Origin: Minisyncoccota bacterium
Lineage (GTDB): Bacteria > Patescibacteriota > Minisyncoccia > Phycocordibacterales > UBA5272
Reading direction: 5' to 3'
NCBI GenBank assembly: GCA_043781255.1
Contig: JAYWBQ010000001.1
Span: forward strand, 1-57,210
Length of the DNA: 57,210 nucleotides
Both the position numbers and the translations under genes were made by a program. The first letter of the stretch is position 1. Every line of letters begins with the position of its first letter. Below are positions 18,352 to 29,230 of the stretch, one piece after another. The notes under the pieces are model-generated. The model saw nothing but the letters and a program-made list of their open reading frames with translations, was not told the origin of the DNA and made no database searches.

Positions 18352-18863
18352 ATGAAATGGATATTATTTACTGGCACCTGGAAACTTACAAATAGTGAAG
18401 TTGAACAAGATGTACGGGAAAGAGCTCGAGGAGTACTCGCTTGTGGGGATGGAATTGTAACGGGGGGGCAACAGGGGTTGATTATTTTGCTATGGATGAA
18501 GCAATGAAATTATATCCGGATGCTTCACGGCTTAAAGTTATTATCCCGGCAACATTTGCTAGTTATATATACGACTATCACACTAACTGGTGTATAGCAC
18601 CGATCACTACCGAAACGATAGATGATCTAAAGATGTTGTTACAGAAAATAAAAGATGCTAATGAGACAGCTCTTATAGAAATGCCGTATACAATTATCAC
18701 CCAAGACCATTATAATTTTCGTCATGACGAAGAAATAAAAATCTCAGACGAAGTATACGCATTTCAGGTAAATGATAGTACGGGCACACAAGATACGATA
18801 GACAAAGCTTTAAAAAGTGGCTTACCTATTACGCTTTATAAAAAATATAATATCCCTACATAA
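18352..18863 (+). pseudogene. SLOG-superfamily (DprA/LOG-like) protein, frameshifted at a G7 run (18462-18468)
   Basis: ATG 18352 gives MKWILFTGTWKLTN..VE.DVR...GDGIVTGG; the -1 frame continues GGATGVDYFA...STGT..TI.KA; one extra G restores a 170-aa ORF. Confidence 0.8.
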
Positions 18864-19182
18864 GTTTGTACATACCACACAATAACTTAAAATTAGCTCA
18901 CACAATCTAAAGGCTTCCTTTGTTTGATGTGGGAAATTAAGGTAGATACTTGTTGACACTGGAGTACTTTTTAATCTCTTTTAGGGTCATGCTGCCCGCC
19001 AGCTTGCTGCGGAAAGTTTTATGTATTAAACATTCCTATCTCGTCAACTTGCTGTGAGGTTGTTCATTGTATGATTGTCTTATGGAAAAACTTTTATAAA
19101 CTTTTGTATAGTATCTTGTGTACACAGGGGATTTATTTTTTTATAGGTGCTATTTCAGTTCATCGTGATAAAATAAAATATA

Positions 19183-20151
19183 ATGAAAAAAATCATGCGT
19201 ATGTTTTTTATGCTAACCATTCTAGGTTTTGGTTTTTTCCTGAGCACGTTTATAGGTAGTCACAATATGGGAGTGCTTAACCCAAAAGGGGTTGTAGCTT
19301 TAGCTGAGAAAAATCTACTTATTACAGCGTTTTTGCTCATGCTCATCGTGATTGTCCCAGTTTTTGTGATGCTTTTTTCTTTTGCATGGAGATATAGAGC
19401 AAGTAATACAAAAGCAAAGTACACTCCCGACTGGCACAGTAATCGTGCCCTTGAAATAGTGTGGTGGACAATTCCGGCTATTATTATTTTTATCCTGGCA
19501 CTTCTTACATGGAAGAGCACTCATGATCTTGACCCATTTAAGCCTCTCGCATCAAATGTAAAACCAATCACCATACAAGTGGTAGCACTTGATTGGAAAT
19601 GGCTTTTTATTTATCCTGATGAACATATAGCAACCGTTAACTACGTTGAGTTTCCAAAAGACACTCCGGTTCTTTTTAAGATCACATCTGATGCTCCTAT
19701 GAATGCTTTTTGGATTCCTCAACTTGGCGGGCAGGTATATGCAATGCCTGGCATGACTGCGCAACTCAATTTGATGGCAACTGAGAAAGGGGTGTATAAA
19801 GGCCTTTCAACAAACTTCAGTGGTGAAGGTTTTTCAGGTATGAAATTCGAAGTTCATGTCACAGAAGAAAACGAGTATCAAAGTTGGCTGTATACGGTAA
19901 GAGGGTCCCCGTATGTGCTTGACATCACAAGGTATACTGAATTAGCTAAGCAAAGTAAAAATAATGCTGTAGAATATTTTGCTTTAACAGATGATGATTT
20001 GTTTGGTAGAATTCTTATGAAGTTTATGGCTCCTATGGAAGGGGTAGATCACCATATTATGAGTGAAGGTATGGACCCTCTCATGAGGTCAGATACGTAT
20101 CCTCCCACTCATAATGACATACTCATGAATGAGAAAGCGTTGTCTCATTAA
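19183..20151 (+). CDS. cyoA: Cytochrome bo3 ubiquinol oxidase subunit II
   Basis: VLNPKG; AWRYRASNTKAKYTPDWHSN..LEIVWWTIP; IQVVALDWKWLFIYP; MNAFWIPQLGGQVYAMPGM; NFSGEGFSGMKF; no CuA cysteines. Confidence 0.96.
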   Translation: MKKIMRMFFMLTILGFGFFLSTFIGSHNMGVLNPKGVVALAEKNLLITAFLLMLIVIVPVFVMLFSFAWRYRASNTKAKYTPDWHSNRALEIVWWTIPAIIIFILALLTWKSTHDLDPFKPLASNVKPITIQVVALDWKWLFIYPDEHIATVNYVEFPKDTPVLFKITSDAPMNAFWIPQLGGQVYAMPGMTAQLNLMATEKGVYKGLSTNFSGEGFSGMKFEVHVTEENEYQSWLYTVRGSPYVLDITRYTELAKQSKNNAVEYFALTDDDLFGRILMKFMAPMEGVDHHIMSEGMDPLMRSDTYPPTHNDILMNEKALSH

Positions 20152-20172
20152 CTATAAATAATTACAAAAAAT

Positions 20173-22134
20173 ATGTTAGGAAAATTAACACTAGAAGTAC
20201 TCCCTCGCGATCCAATTGTTATTGTAGCTGCGATTTTTATGGCACTGGTTGTTTGTGGAGTAATCGGTGCATTATTTTACTACAAACGATGGAGCTGGTT
20301 ATGGCATGAATGGATAACTTCTGTTGATCATAAAAAAATTGGAGTAATGTATCTTATTCTTGCATTCGTCATGTTACTTCGGGGCTTTGCTGATGCAGCG
20401 ATGATGCGTACGCAACAAGCTCTCGCTGTTGGAGATAATTTAGGATTTTTACCACCGGATCATTATGATCAGATATTTACTGCTCACGGAGTTATCATGA
20501 TCTTCTTTGTGGCGATGCCGTTTATGTTTGGATTGATTAATCTTGTCGTTCCGCTCCAGATTGGAGCACGTGATGTAGCATTTCCATTTCTTAACTCAAT
20601 GAGTTTTTGGATGACAGTTGCGGGAGCTCTCCTTGTTAATCTTTCTTTAGTTGTAGGAGATTTTGCTGCAGTTGGATGGCTCGCGTACCCACCACTTTCT
20701 GAGCTAGAGTTTAGTCCTGGTGTGGGGATGGATTATTATATCTGGGCGATACAAATTGCAGGTGTGGGGACAACTCTTTCAGGCATAAATTTCTTTATCA
20801 CAGTGCTCACCATGCGCTGTCCGGGGATGACGATGATGCGGATGCCTGTTTTTACGTGGACAAGTTTTTGTGCGATGATTCTGGTTATTGTAACATTCCC
20901 AATTCTAACAGCGACACTTGGACTACTTTCGCTTGATAGAATTTTTGGAATGCATTTTTTCACATCTTCATTTGGGGGTAATCCTATGATGTATGTGAAT
21001 CTCATTTGGGCGTGGGGTCACCCTGAGGTATACATTCTTATCTTGCCTGCATTTGGTATTTTTTCTGAAATTGTGTCCAGTTTTTCACGAAAGAGACTTT
21101 TTGGGTATACGACAATGATTTATGCTACAGTAGCCATCACCGTACTATCATTTGGAGTGTGGCTCCATCACTTTTTTACTATGGGTGCTGGAGCAAATGT
21201 GAATGCATTCTTTGGCATTATGACGATGATTATTGCAATTCCTACGGGAGTGAAAATCTTCAATTGGCTCTTTACAATGTTTAGAGGTCGTATCACCTTT
21301 TCGTCTCCGATGCTCTGGATGATGGGCTTTATTGTTACATTTACATTCGGAGGAATGACAGGAGTTTTACTCGCTGTTCCTGGAATAGATTTTCAGTTAC
21401 ATAATAGCTTATTTTTGATTGCGCATTTTCATAATACAATTATCGGGGGAGTTATATTTGGATATTTTGCTGGTCTTTCATATTGGTTTCCAAAGTTTTT
21501 TGGTTTTACATTACATGAAAAATTTGGGAAGCTTGCATTTTGGCATTGGATTGTTGGATTTTTTGTAACGTTCACACCGCTGTATATTTTAGGTTTTATG
21601 GGAATGACCAGGCGACTTAACCATGTGAGTGACCTCGAATGGAGGCCGTTACTTATTATCTCTGGTGTAGGTGCTGCAATTATCGCTGTCGGGATTGTGA
21701 TGCAAGTGGTACAGCTTATTATTAGTATCAAGCACCGTAAGAAGAACCTCGACACAACAGGTGACCCGTGGGATGCCCGGACTCTCGAATGGTCAACGTC
21801 ATCTCCACCACCACTTTATAATTTTGCAGTTATTCCGATGGTGCATGGTCGTCATGCATTTTGGGATATGAAGTATGGAGAGGGAAACAAACATGCAGCA
21901 CCAGTTTACACAGATATTCATATGCCGAAAAATACTGGGATAGGTTTCTATATTGCGATCTCTAGTTTTTTCTTTGGTTTTGGTGTGGTGTGGCATATGT
22001 ATTGGCTCGCAGTACTTACGATTATCTTCGTCATTGGGTGTGTAATCGTGCGATCCTTTGATGAGGATATTGAGTACTACATAGACAGAGATGAGGTTGC
22101 ACGAATCGAGAATGGAAGAGCTGCTACACTATAA
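20173..22134 (+). CDS. cyoB: Cytochrome bo3 ubiquinol oxidase subunit I
   Basis: TSVDHKKIG; LRGFADA; [16 protein letters not shown]; WGHPEVY; WLHHFF; AHFHN; heme/CuB ligands and quinol-site residues present. Confidence 0.98.
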   Translation: MLGKLTLEVLPRDPIVIVAAIFMALVVCGVIGALFYYKRWSWLWHEWITSVDHKKIGVMYLILAFVMLLRGFADAAMMRTQQALAVGDNLGFLPPDHYDQIFTAHGVIMIFFVAMPFMFGLINLVVPLQIGARDVAFPFLNSMSFWMTVAGALLVNLSLVVGDFAAVGWLAYPPLSELEFSPGVGMDYYIWAIQIAGVGTTLSGINFFITVLTMRCPGMTMMRMPVFTWTSFCAMILVIVTFPILTATLGLLSLDRIFGMHFFTSSFGGNPMMYVNLIWAWGHPEVYILILPAFGIFSEIVSSFSRKRLFGYTTMIYATVAITVLSFGVWLHHFFTMGAGANVNAFFGIMTMIIAIPTGVKIFNWLFTMFRGRITFSSPMLWMMGFIVTFTFGGMTGVLLAVPGIDFQLHNSLFLIAHFHNTIIGGVIFGYFAGLSYWFPKFFGFTLHEKFGKLAFWHWIVGFFVTFTPLYILGFMGMTRRLNHVSDLEWRPLLIISGVGAAIIAVGIVMQVVQLIISIKHRKKNLDTTGDPWDARTLEWSTSSPPPLYNFAVIPMVHGRHAFWDMKYGEGNKHAAPVYTDIHMPKNTGIGFYIAISSFFFGFGVVWHMYWLAVLTIIFVIGCVIVRSFDEDIEYYIDRDEVARIENGRAATL

Positions 22135-22139
22135 AATAT

Positions 22140-22751
22140 ATGACAACAAAAATATTAGACCATAAGCATATGATAAATCAAAAAGAAAATGATGTAGATG
22201 TAAAAACATTGTTTGGTTTCTGGGTATATATCATGAGTGACTGTATTTTGTTTGCAAGTATTTTTGCAGTGTATGCAGTTCTTCATACAAGTACGTTCGG
22301 TGGGCCATCGTCAAAAGAGTTATTTAGTATGCCATTTGTTCTTACTGAGACTATTCTTTTGCTGACAAGTAGTTTTACGTATGGTCTCGTTACACTCTAT
22401 GCTCGTAGAGAAAAAAGTAAAGCTTTAGTATTAATTTGGCTTGGTGTCACATTTGTTCTCGGAGCATTATTTCTTCTTATGGAAGTGAGGGAATTTTCAA
22501 ATCTTATACGAGAAGGTAATGGACCAGATAGAAGTGCGTTCCTTTCAGCTTTCTTTACGCTAGTAGGTACTCATGGACTTCATGTGACACTTGGACTTGT
22601 GTGGATGGGAAATCTTTTAGTTCAAGTTTGGTATAAAGGGGTTACTTCCGTAATGATGCGAAAACTTTCCATGCTTGGACTTTTTTGGCATTTCTTGGAC
22701 ATTATATGGATATTTATTTTTACTATTGTATATTTAATGGGAACTCTGTAA
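22140..22751 (+). CDS. cyoC: Cytochrome bo3 ubiquinol oxidase subunit III
   Basis: FGFWVYIMSDCILFA; SAFLSAFFTLVGTHGLHV; LFWHFLDIIWI. Confidence 0.97.
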   Translation: MTTKILDHKHMINQKENDVDVKTLFGFWVYIMSDCILFASIFAVYAVLHTSTFGGPSSKELFSMPFVLTETILLLTSSFTYGLVTLYARREKSKALVLIWLGVTFVLGALFLLMEVREFSNLIREGNGPDRSAFLSAFFTLVGTHGLHVTLGLVWMGNLLVQVWYKGVTSVMMRKLSMLGLFWHFLDIIWIFIFTIVYLMGTL

Positions 22752-22760
22752 CATACCATT

Positions 22761-23138
22761 ATGACAAATACTTTTGATGTAATTGATGAGAAGTTTGAAT
22801 CTTCAAAAAATGCACTTCACTCATATGTGACAGGGTATGTACTTTCCTTGTTGTTTACTTATATTCCATATCTTATGGTAACTAGACATCTTTTTGGTAA
22901 AGATAGTACTATTTTTGGGATTGCTGTGTTTGCGGTCATACAGCTTTGTGTTCAGGTTTATTTTTTCTTACATCTTCCTGCGCGCGTTAGACCATTTTGG
23001 AATTTTTTCGTGCTTATGTTTACAATCTTAATTATCTCATTTCTTGTGGTTGGGTCGTTATGGATTATGCATCATCTTAATATGAACATGATGGGAGTTT
23101 CGCCATTTCATTCTAATGAAGGATATGTTCCTCAATAA
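22761..23138 (+). CDS. cyoD: Cytochrome bo3 ubiquinol oxidase subunit IV
   Basis: SYVTGYVLSLLFT.IP; AVIQ..VQ..FFLH; VVGSLWIM.HLN.NMM; operon position. Confidence 0.93.
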   Translation: MTNTFDVIDEKFESSKNALHSYVTGYVLSLLFTYIPYLMVTRHLFGKDSTIFGIAVFAVIQLCVQVYFFLHLPARVRPFWNFFVLMFTILIISFLVVGSLWIMHHLNMNMMGVSPFHSNEGYVPQ

Positions 23139-23153
23139 GATACACACACGATT

Positions 23154-24017
23154 TTGATTAAAGACTATTATTCGCTTACAAAGCCAGGAATTATTTATGG
23201 CAATGCGATCACGCTTATTGCTGGTTTTGTGCTTGCTTCACACGGGAAGGTAGATTATCTACTTCTTTTTTTGGTATTTGTTGGCCTCTCACTTGTGATT
23301 GCTTCTGGATGTGTATTTAATAATTACATTGATAGAGATATTGATAGGTTGATGGAGAGGACAAAAAAACGCGCGATGGTACGAGGTTCAATTTCTCCTC
23401 TTGCTGCACGTATCTACGGTACAGTTTTAGGTCTTCTTGGTTTTGGTGTACTTCTTTTGTATACAAATATCATAACAGTCACTGTCTCTCTCGTTGGTTT
23501 TTTTGTCTATGTGGTTGTATATAGTATGTGGCTTAAGCGCTCCTCAACACACAGTGCTATTGTTGGAAGTATCTCAGGGGCGGTGCCGCCAGTTGTGGGA
23601 TACATTGCAGTAACGGGTCATTTTGATCTCGGAGCACTGTTACTTTTTAGTATTCTTGCTCTATGGCAGATGCCACATTCATTTGCGATAGCTATGTATC
23701 GATTGAGCGATTATACGTCAGCAAATATTCCTGTCCTTCCAGTAAAAAAAGGTATACAGCGTACAAAGGTACAAATACTTATCTATACTATATTATTTTT
23801 CATTGCGATAGAATTACTTTTTGCTTTCGGTTATGTTGGGATACTTTATTTTTTTGTAATGACAACACTTGGCTTGATGTGGATTAGACTATGCCTTTTT
23901 GGTTTGTACGGCACATCTGTGGTGGATAAAGATTGGGCACGGAAAATATTTTTATTTTCATTAGTCATATTAGTTGTATTTTGTGTAATGCTTGTTCTTG
24001 AAGCTACTTTTAGTTAA
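23154..24017 (+). CDS. cyoE: Protoheme IX farnesyltransferase (heme o synthase)
   Basis: LTKPGIIYGN; FNNYIDRDID..MERTK.R; GAVPPVVGY; WQMPHSFAIA..R..DY. Confidence 0.96.
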   Translation: MIKDYYSLTKPGIIYGNAITLIAGFVLASHGKVDYLLLFLVFVGLSLVIASGCVFNNYIDRDIDRLMERTKKRAMVRGSISPLAARIYGTVLGLLGFGVLLLYTNIITVTVSLVGFFVYVVVYSMWLKRSSTHSAIVGSISGAVPPVVGYIAVTGHFDLGALLLFSILALWQMPHSFAIAMYRLSDYTSANIPVLPVKKGIQRTKVQILIYTILFFIAIELLFAFGYVGILYFFVMTTLGLMWIRLCLFGLYGTSVVDKDWARKIFLFSLVILVVFCVMLVLEATFS

Positions 24018-24045
24018 AAATACCTAATCAGTGTAGAATGTCAAA

Positions 24046-25338
24046 ATGGAACAAAAAACGAAGGACATACCATCTGTGGGTAATGTTAGGTACGATCTTA
24101 TCGTAGTTGGCGGCGGGGCATCTGGTATGATGGCGGCAGGTCGCGCTGGAGAACTAGGACTCCGTGTTTTGTTATTGGAAAAAAATAAAAGGCTTGGAGA
24201 AAAACTCCGAATTAGTGGAGGAGGGCGGTGCAATATTTTAAATAACGAAGAAGATGTACGGGAGCTCCTTAAAAAATACGGAAGTAGTGAGCAAGCTCTC
24301 TACTCTTCATTTACACAGTTTGGCGTGAAAGAAAGTATTAATTTTTTTACATCCTGGGGATTACCGCTTATAACAGAGAATGGAAAGCGTGCATTTCCTC
24401 ATACACATAAAGCAGAAGATGTCGTGAAAATTCTTGAAGAGTACATGAAAAAGTCTGGTGTTGAAGTGATGCGTAACACTTCGGTGACATCAGTAAAAAT
24501 GGAAAATGGAATGATTTTAAAGCTTTTGTCTTCATTACAAGAATTTCATGCAAAAGAATATATTTTTGCAACAGGGAGTGTTTCTCATCCAGAAACTGGT
24601 TCAACGGGGGATGGTTTTACATGGTTACGTATTCTTGGTCATACTGTAGCTACACCTACCCCAACAATTGTTCCACTCGCTGTTAAAGAAAAATGGGTGA
24701 AAGAGCTCGCTGGAGTATCACTTGATGGGATGAAGATTACTTTTTTTGTAGATGGTGTAAAAAGTTTTAGCCTTGTTGGTAAAGTGCTCTTTACACACTT
24801 CGGTATATCAGGACCACTCATTCTTAATCATGCGTATAAAGTTGCGGATATTTTGCATACTGGGATTGTAACTGCAACTATAGACGCCGCAATGCAAAGT
24901 GATTTTCCTATTCTTGAAAAAGCTATTGTAAGTATTTTTGATGCAAATAAAAATAAAACATTAAAAAATGTTGTTAAAGAATTTGTTTTCAACGGTATGC
25001 AAAAAGGAGTAACAACAGTGCTGGAAGAATATATGAATGTTGATACGAAAGTGCACTCTATTACCAAAGAAGAACGAAAGAAAATAGTGCACCTTCTTAA
25101 AGCTCTCCCGCTTACTATTGAAGGCCTTATGGGGTTTGATCGAGCGGTAGTCGCAGATGGAGGTGTTTTACTTTCAGAAATCGACATGAAAACAATGCAG
25201 TCAAAAAAGGTAAAAAATCTTGCGATAACAGGGGACCTATTTCATATTAATAGACCTTCCGGCGGGTTTTCCCTCCAATTATGTTGGACAACAGGGTATG
25301 TGGCAGCGTCTTTTTTGGTTGATAAACTAAAGAAGTAA
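24046..25338 (+). CDS. HI0933/YhiN (BaiN-like) NAD(P)/FAD-dependent oxidoreductase
   Basis: GGGASGMMAA; LGEKLRISGGGRCN; P.TGSTGDG; LFTHFGISGP.IL; GGFSLQLCW.TG. Confidence 0.92.
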   Translation: MEQKTKDIPSVGNVRYDLIVVGGGASGMMAAGRAGELGLRVLLLEKNKRLGEKLRISGGGRCNILNNEEDVRELLKKYGSSEQALYSSFTQFGVKESINFFTSWGLPLITENGKRAFPHTHKAEDVVKILEEYMKKSGVEVMRNTSVTSVKMENGMILKLLSSLQEFHAKEYIFATGSVSHPETGSTGDGFTWLRILGHTVATPTPTIVPLAVKEKWVKELAGVSLDGMKITFFVDGVKSFSLVGKVLFTHFGISGPLILNHAYKVADILHTGIVTATIDAAMQSDFPILEKAIVSIFDANKNKTLKNVVKEFVFNGMQKGVTTVLEEYMNVDTKVHSITKEERKKIVHLLKALPLTIEGLMGFDRAVVADGGVLLSEIDMKTMQSKKVKNLAITGDLFHINRPSGGFSLQLCWTTGYVAASFLVDKLKK

Positions 25339-25468
25339 TTTAAAGTGATTTTAGTTGTCACAAAAAGACACTTGTTTTGTTATCTATAGTGTCGAGAGAA
25401 ATTATTTTTTACTCACAGGTAGAATCATATTTTTTTCTTCAGTTGCTATTAAATTACTTATTATACTT

Positions 25469-26593
25469 ATGAAAAAACCATTACTTACCATGTTGGCATT
25501 AGGGGCGCTTTTTGGAAGTGTCTCAGTATTTGCTGATAATGACGTTATCATACCTTCATCTCCAGTTCTAACAATAGTTTCTCCTGTTAAAGAAAAAGAA
25601 GAGTCTTCAGTATGGAAAAAAGCTTTTAGAGTGAAGTATATTGGAGACAATCTTATCAAAGAGCGTATCAATGCCCTAACTTCAAATATGAAAGTTGTTG
25701 CAGGAGACAAATCTCTTACGACTGAACAAAAAACCGCACTTACTACAATTTTGACAACTAACATTAATGGTCTCACCACACTCCGTGCGACACTTGCATC
25801 AAGTACAGATGCAACGACAACAAAAGCACTGGTGAGTTCAATTTTTAGCAACTTTAGAATTTATGGAATTGTTATTCCACAGGTACGAATTGAAAAGCGT
25901 ATTTATGATTTGCAAAATCATTCAACAAAACTTTCGGATATATTTTTGAGTATTCAGAAAAAAATTAATGATGCAAAAGTGAAAGGAAATGACGTCACTG
26001 TATGGCAAAAGAGTCTTGATGACGCTAAGGTCCTCGTGGCAAATGATATGAACACGCTTACCAATCTTTTTACAAAAGTAGCTCTTCTTAAACCTGCTGA
26101 CTATGGTACAACAAGTAAAGCTGTTATCGAATCAGCTAACAAAGACTTACGATTAGTACTAGAAGACTTCAATACTATTAAGAAAAATGCTCATCGACCA
26201 AGTGGTATGAATAGTTCTTCAAAGAAAATTAATGGTGACGAATCTTCGGAACATATGTCCTCACCACTTTCTGGAACTTCGTGGATATGGGTTTCTTCAA
26301 CAGTTAATGGAAGTGTGGCTGCCTCCCCAGCAGGAGGAAAGTTTGTGGTATCGTTTGGTAAAGAAAACCGAGTACATAGTACAACTGACTGTAATAGTAT
26401 AGGAGGAAGATACACAGTAGGAGTAAATGGTGTAGTATCATTTGGTCCATTTATGTCGACAATGATGCATTGTGAAGGCTCACATCAGTTACGGTATTCA
26501 CAGGCTCTTAGTAAGACAAGTTCATATACAATTAATGGAACTAGTCTTACACTCACGAACGCGTCTGGAACAATGTTGTTTACGAAGAAGTAA
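25469..26593 (+). CDS. Secreted helical protein with C-terminal META domain (ATG 25469)
   Basis: Signal peptide MKKPLL...VFA; LSGTSW.W...F......TDCN.IGGRY.....FGP.MST.M.C (META/HslJ pattern). Confidence 0.8.
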   Translation: MKKPLLTMLALGALFGSVSVFADNDVIIPSSPVLTIVSPVKEKEESSVWKKAFRVKYIGDNLIKERINALTSNMKVVAGDKSLTTEQKTALTTILTTNINGLTTLRATLASSTDATTTKALVSSIFSNFRIYGIVIPQVRIEKRIYDLQNHSTKLSDIFLSIQKKINDAKVKGNDVTVWQKSLDDAKVLVANDMNTLTNLFTKVALLKPADYGTTSKAVIESANKDLRLVLEDFNTIKKNAHRPSGMNSSSKKINGDESSEHMSSPLSGTSWIWVSSTVNGSVAASPAGGKFVVSFGKENRVHSTTDCNSIGGRYTVGVNGVVSFGPFMSTMMHCEGSHQLRYSQALSKTSSYTINGTSLTLTNASGTMLFTKK

Positions 26594-26611
26594 AGAAGAT
26601 AAAGAGGAAGA

Positions 26612-26649
26612 ACAAAGACGGGTCACGGATCATAGTGACCCGTCTTTGT
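26612..26649. terminator. Bidirectional terminator between convergent genes
   Basis: 15-bp perfect IR acaaagacgggtcac/gtgacccgtctttgt. Confidence 0.8.
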
Positions 26650-26667
26650 CTTTTGGTCTACTTTGTA

Positions 26668-27318
26668 TTAATGAGCAATTGTATAAGCACACACAGACGA
26701 TGCGCCGTGAGCAAGGAGAGCCCTTCTTGCCTCAGAAAGAGTCGCTCCTGTTGTTGTTACATCGTCAATGAGGATAATATTCATGCCAGCGACTGATCCT
26801 GCTACAACGAAGACATTTTTCTGATTTTGAAAGCGTTCTTTTCGAGATGAAATTATGGCTTGCCTTTTTTTTGAAACAAGGGGATTTCGTAGTAACGTAC
26901 TATTTGTTATTGGTAAAGAAATTTCTTCACTAATGCATTTTGCCAGCACTTCGCTATGGTTATGACCACGGACATATTTTCGAAGTGCTGGCATTGGTAT
27001 TGGAATAAGGGTATAGGATTCATACTTTTCCATGAAAGTAATTTCCTGTGCAAGTTTCTTTGCAAGAGGAATAATAAGATCTTTTCGGTGATAATATTTT
27101 ATTGCATGAATTATTTTCTTTATTCGAGGATCTTTAAAAGAATAGATATTCGTGATGAAAGGAGATGGTGTGGTGATTGCCGGTGAGAGTAAACTGAGAC
27201 ATTCTTTGCAAAGAGCGTCTCTATCATTTCCTTTTTTACAAATAAAACAGTAAGGAGGAAAGAATAATAATGTAATCAGCTTAGTATATTCTAAAAATAT
27301 TTTCATAATCATCCACAT
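26668..27318 (-). CDS. comF: ComF family competence phosphoribosyltransferase-like protein
   Basis: FPP.C..C....LC..C; IH..KY; PIP......RG.N.SE.LA; LIDDVTTTGATL. Confidence 0.92.
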   Translation of the reverse strand: MWMIMKIFLEYTKLITLLFFPPYCFICKKGNDRDALCKECLSLLSPAITTPSPFITNIYSFKDPRIKKIIHAIKYYHRKDLIIPLAKKLAQEITFMEKYESYTLIPIPMPALRKYVRGHNHSEVLAKCISEEISLPITNSTLLRNPLVSKKRQAIISSRKERFQNQKNVFVVAGSVAGMNIILIDDVTTTGATLSEARRALLAHGASSVCAYTIAH

Positions 27319-27373
27319 ACCTAAGTAAGTGTATAGAGAAAAAATAAAGAAAGATAGTATATACTGGTGGAGT

Positions 27374-28441
27374 ATGTTTCACCTTTTTAGTAAAGACGAA
27401 TTAGCACAAGCGATTGGATTGGATATTGGAACTTCTGCCGTGAAAGTCGTGCAACTTCGAAGAGAAAAAAATAAGATAATTCTAGATACGTATGGTGAGG
27501 TAGCACTTGGCCCGTATGCTGGCTTAAAAATTGGCCAAGGTGTACATCTTGGCGAAGAAAAGTTACTCGAAGCAATCAAGGATCTTTTTAAGGACGCAAA
27601 AGTAACTGCACGAGACACGGTAGTTGCAATTGATCCTTCAGGGGGGTATGTTTCGTTGGTGCATGTGCCAAAGGTGGAAGATGAACAGTTACGTACAATG
27701 ATGCCCCTTGAGGCGAGAAAATACATTCCTGTGCCACTCACTGATGTGCAAATGGATTGGTGGCATGTTCCAGATACGGTTAAATTTAGTAATGATAAAA
27801 AATTGACGAGTGTTGTGTTGGCTGCGGTGAATAACTCCACACTCATCGCATACGACAGTCTTGTAAAAAAATTAGATCTCAGAAATGTTGAATACGAAAT
27901 ACACGGCTACAGTCTTCTTCGTAGCTCACCCCCACATACTCATAACATGGTGATGTATGTTGATATTGGCGCACAGAGTACGACGCTTTCTCTTGTGTAT
28001 CAAGGGATTGTGCTTGATATGCATGTGATTACACGAGGTTCACAAGATGGCACCATGCAACTTTCTCGAGCTCTCTCCGTTACTCTTGATACCGCAGAAG
28101 AATCAAAAAGAGTTTTTGGGTATAAGGGGGATGATGCTAATCCGTACCTTAAAGATATTCTTGAACTTTCAAGTTATCCACTTTTTGGGGAGGTCGCAAG
28201 ACTATCCCTAATGTACGAAAGAAAGTATAATCAAACTATAGAAGGAATAATTTTAACAGGCGGTGGTGCACGTATTCCAGGCATGCTTACAACGTACAGT
28301 AAGACAGTGCATATTGCAGGAAGAATTGTAACACCGTTTGAGCAAGTGATCGTACCAGAATTTTTAACCGAAATGATGGAGCGTATCGGTCCGTCATATG
28401 CTGTAGCTCTTGGCTGCGCACTTAAAAAATTAATCTCTTAA
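27374..28441 (+). CDS. pilM: Type IV pilus assembly protein PilM (ATG 27374)
   Basis: IGLDIGTSAVKVVQL; EARKYIPVP; VDIGA; ILTGGGAR; AVALG.AL. Confidence 0.93.
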   Translation: MFHLFSKDELAQAIGLDIGTSAVKVVQLRREKNKIILDTYGEVALGPYAGLKIGQGVHLGEEKLLEAIKDLFKDAKVTARDTVVAIDPSGGYVSLVHVPKVEDEQLRTMMPLEARKYIPVPLTDVQMDWWHVPDTVKFSNDKKLTSVVLAAVNNSTLIAYDSLVKKLDLRNVEYEIHGYSLLRSSPPHTHNMVMYVDIGAQSTTLSLVYQGIVLDMHVITRGSQDGTMQLSRALSVTLDTAEESKRVFGYKGDDANPYLKDILELSSYPLFGEVARLSLMYERKYNQTIEGIILTGGGARIPGMLTTYSKTVHIAGRIVTPFEQVIVPEFLTEMMERIGPSYAVALGCALKKLIS

Positions 28442-28458
28442 TTAACAACTACCTCATT

Positions 28459-29214
28459 ATGGCATTCTCATTTACTCCAGGACAAATAGTACCACAAGGA
28501 AGTCAGTCACAAACTGGGGCAGGAGGGAGTGCTGTGCCTCAAGTTTCTGGCCCGCCATCAGACTCACCATTTCTTTTCATTCGAGAAAAAGGACAACAGT
28601 TTTCAGTAATGGCAGGGGTACAGATTGTGCTAGCTGTTGTGGCTGTACTCTCTATAATAGTTTCTCTAACTCTTTTTTCATATAGTGTATATCTTAAAAG
28701 TCAGATTGCTGATAAGAAAGCTGAAATAGAATTAAAAGAAAATGGTTTTGCTGATTATCCATATGAAGACATGAAGAGGCTATCTAATCGTATGGCAACA
28801 CTCGATAAACTTTTGCAAAAATATATTTCTCCACGATCACCACTTAAATTTCTTGAAAATGTAGTTGAAAATCAGGTTACGTTTGATGAGTTTAAATTAT
28901 CTAGAGAAAGAAATGACTTGTACACTGTTGTTTTTTCAGTTGTTACTTCTAATTATAAAACTTTAGTACAACAATTAGATGCTCTTAAACTTACTGAATA
29001 CCATAAAGTTATTTCAAACCCACAGTTAAATGGATTAGCAGATAGTGGTACCACTATAAAAATAATCGTAACAACACCAGTTTTCGTTCAAGGTAAATTA
29101 CCTGACGAAGTAGTTTTTTTTACTAATGATACAAAAACTGCTAGTACTACAGCAGTAGTGTCGTCAACTACCACTGCCACAAGTGCTTTATTGAAGAAGG
29201 ACGTAACACCATAA
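28459..29214 (+). CDS. PilN-like type IV pilus alignment protein
   Basis: Single TM followed by coiled coil; position between pilM and pilO. Confidence 0.65.
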   Translation: MAFSFTPGQIVPQGSQSQTGAGGSAVPQVSGPPSDSPFLFIREKGQQFSVMAGVQIVLAVVAVLSIIVSLTLFSYSVYLKSQIADKKAEIELKENGFADYPYEDMKRLSNRMATLDKLLQKYISPRSPLKFLENVVENQVTFDEFKLSRERNDLYTVVFSVVTSNYKTLVQQLDALKLTEYHKVISNPQLNGLADSGTTIKIIVTTPVFVQGKLPDEVVFFTNDTKTASTTAVVSSTTTATSALLKKDVTP

Positions 29215-29230
29215 TGCTCATAGATATTAT

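Noticed and set aside
18870-19182. Riboswitch or FNR box upstream of cyoA
   Set aside because: No match to TTGAT-N4-ATCAA or to any riboswitch consensus I can recognise.
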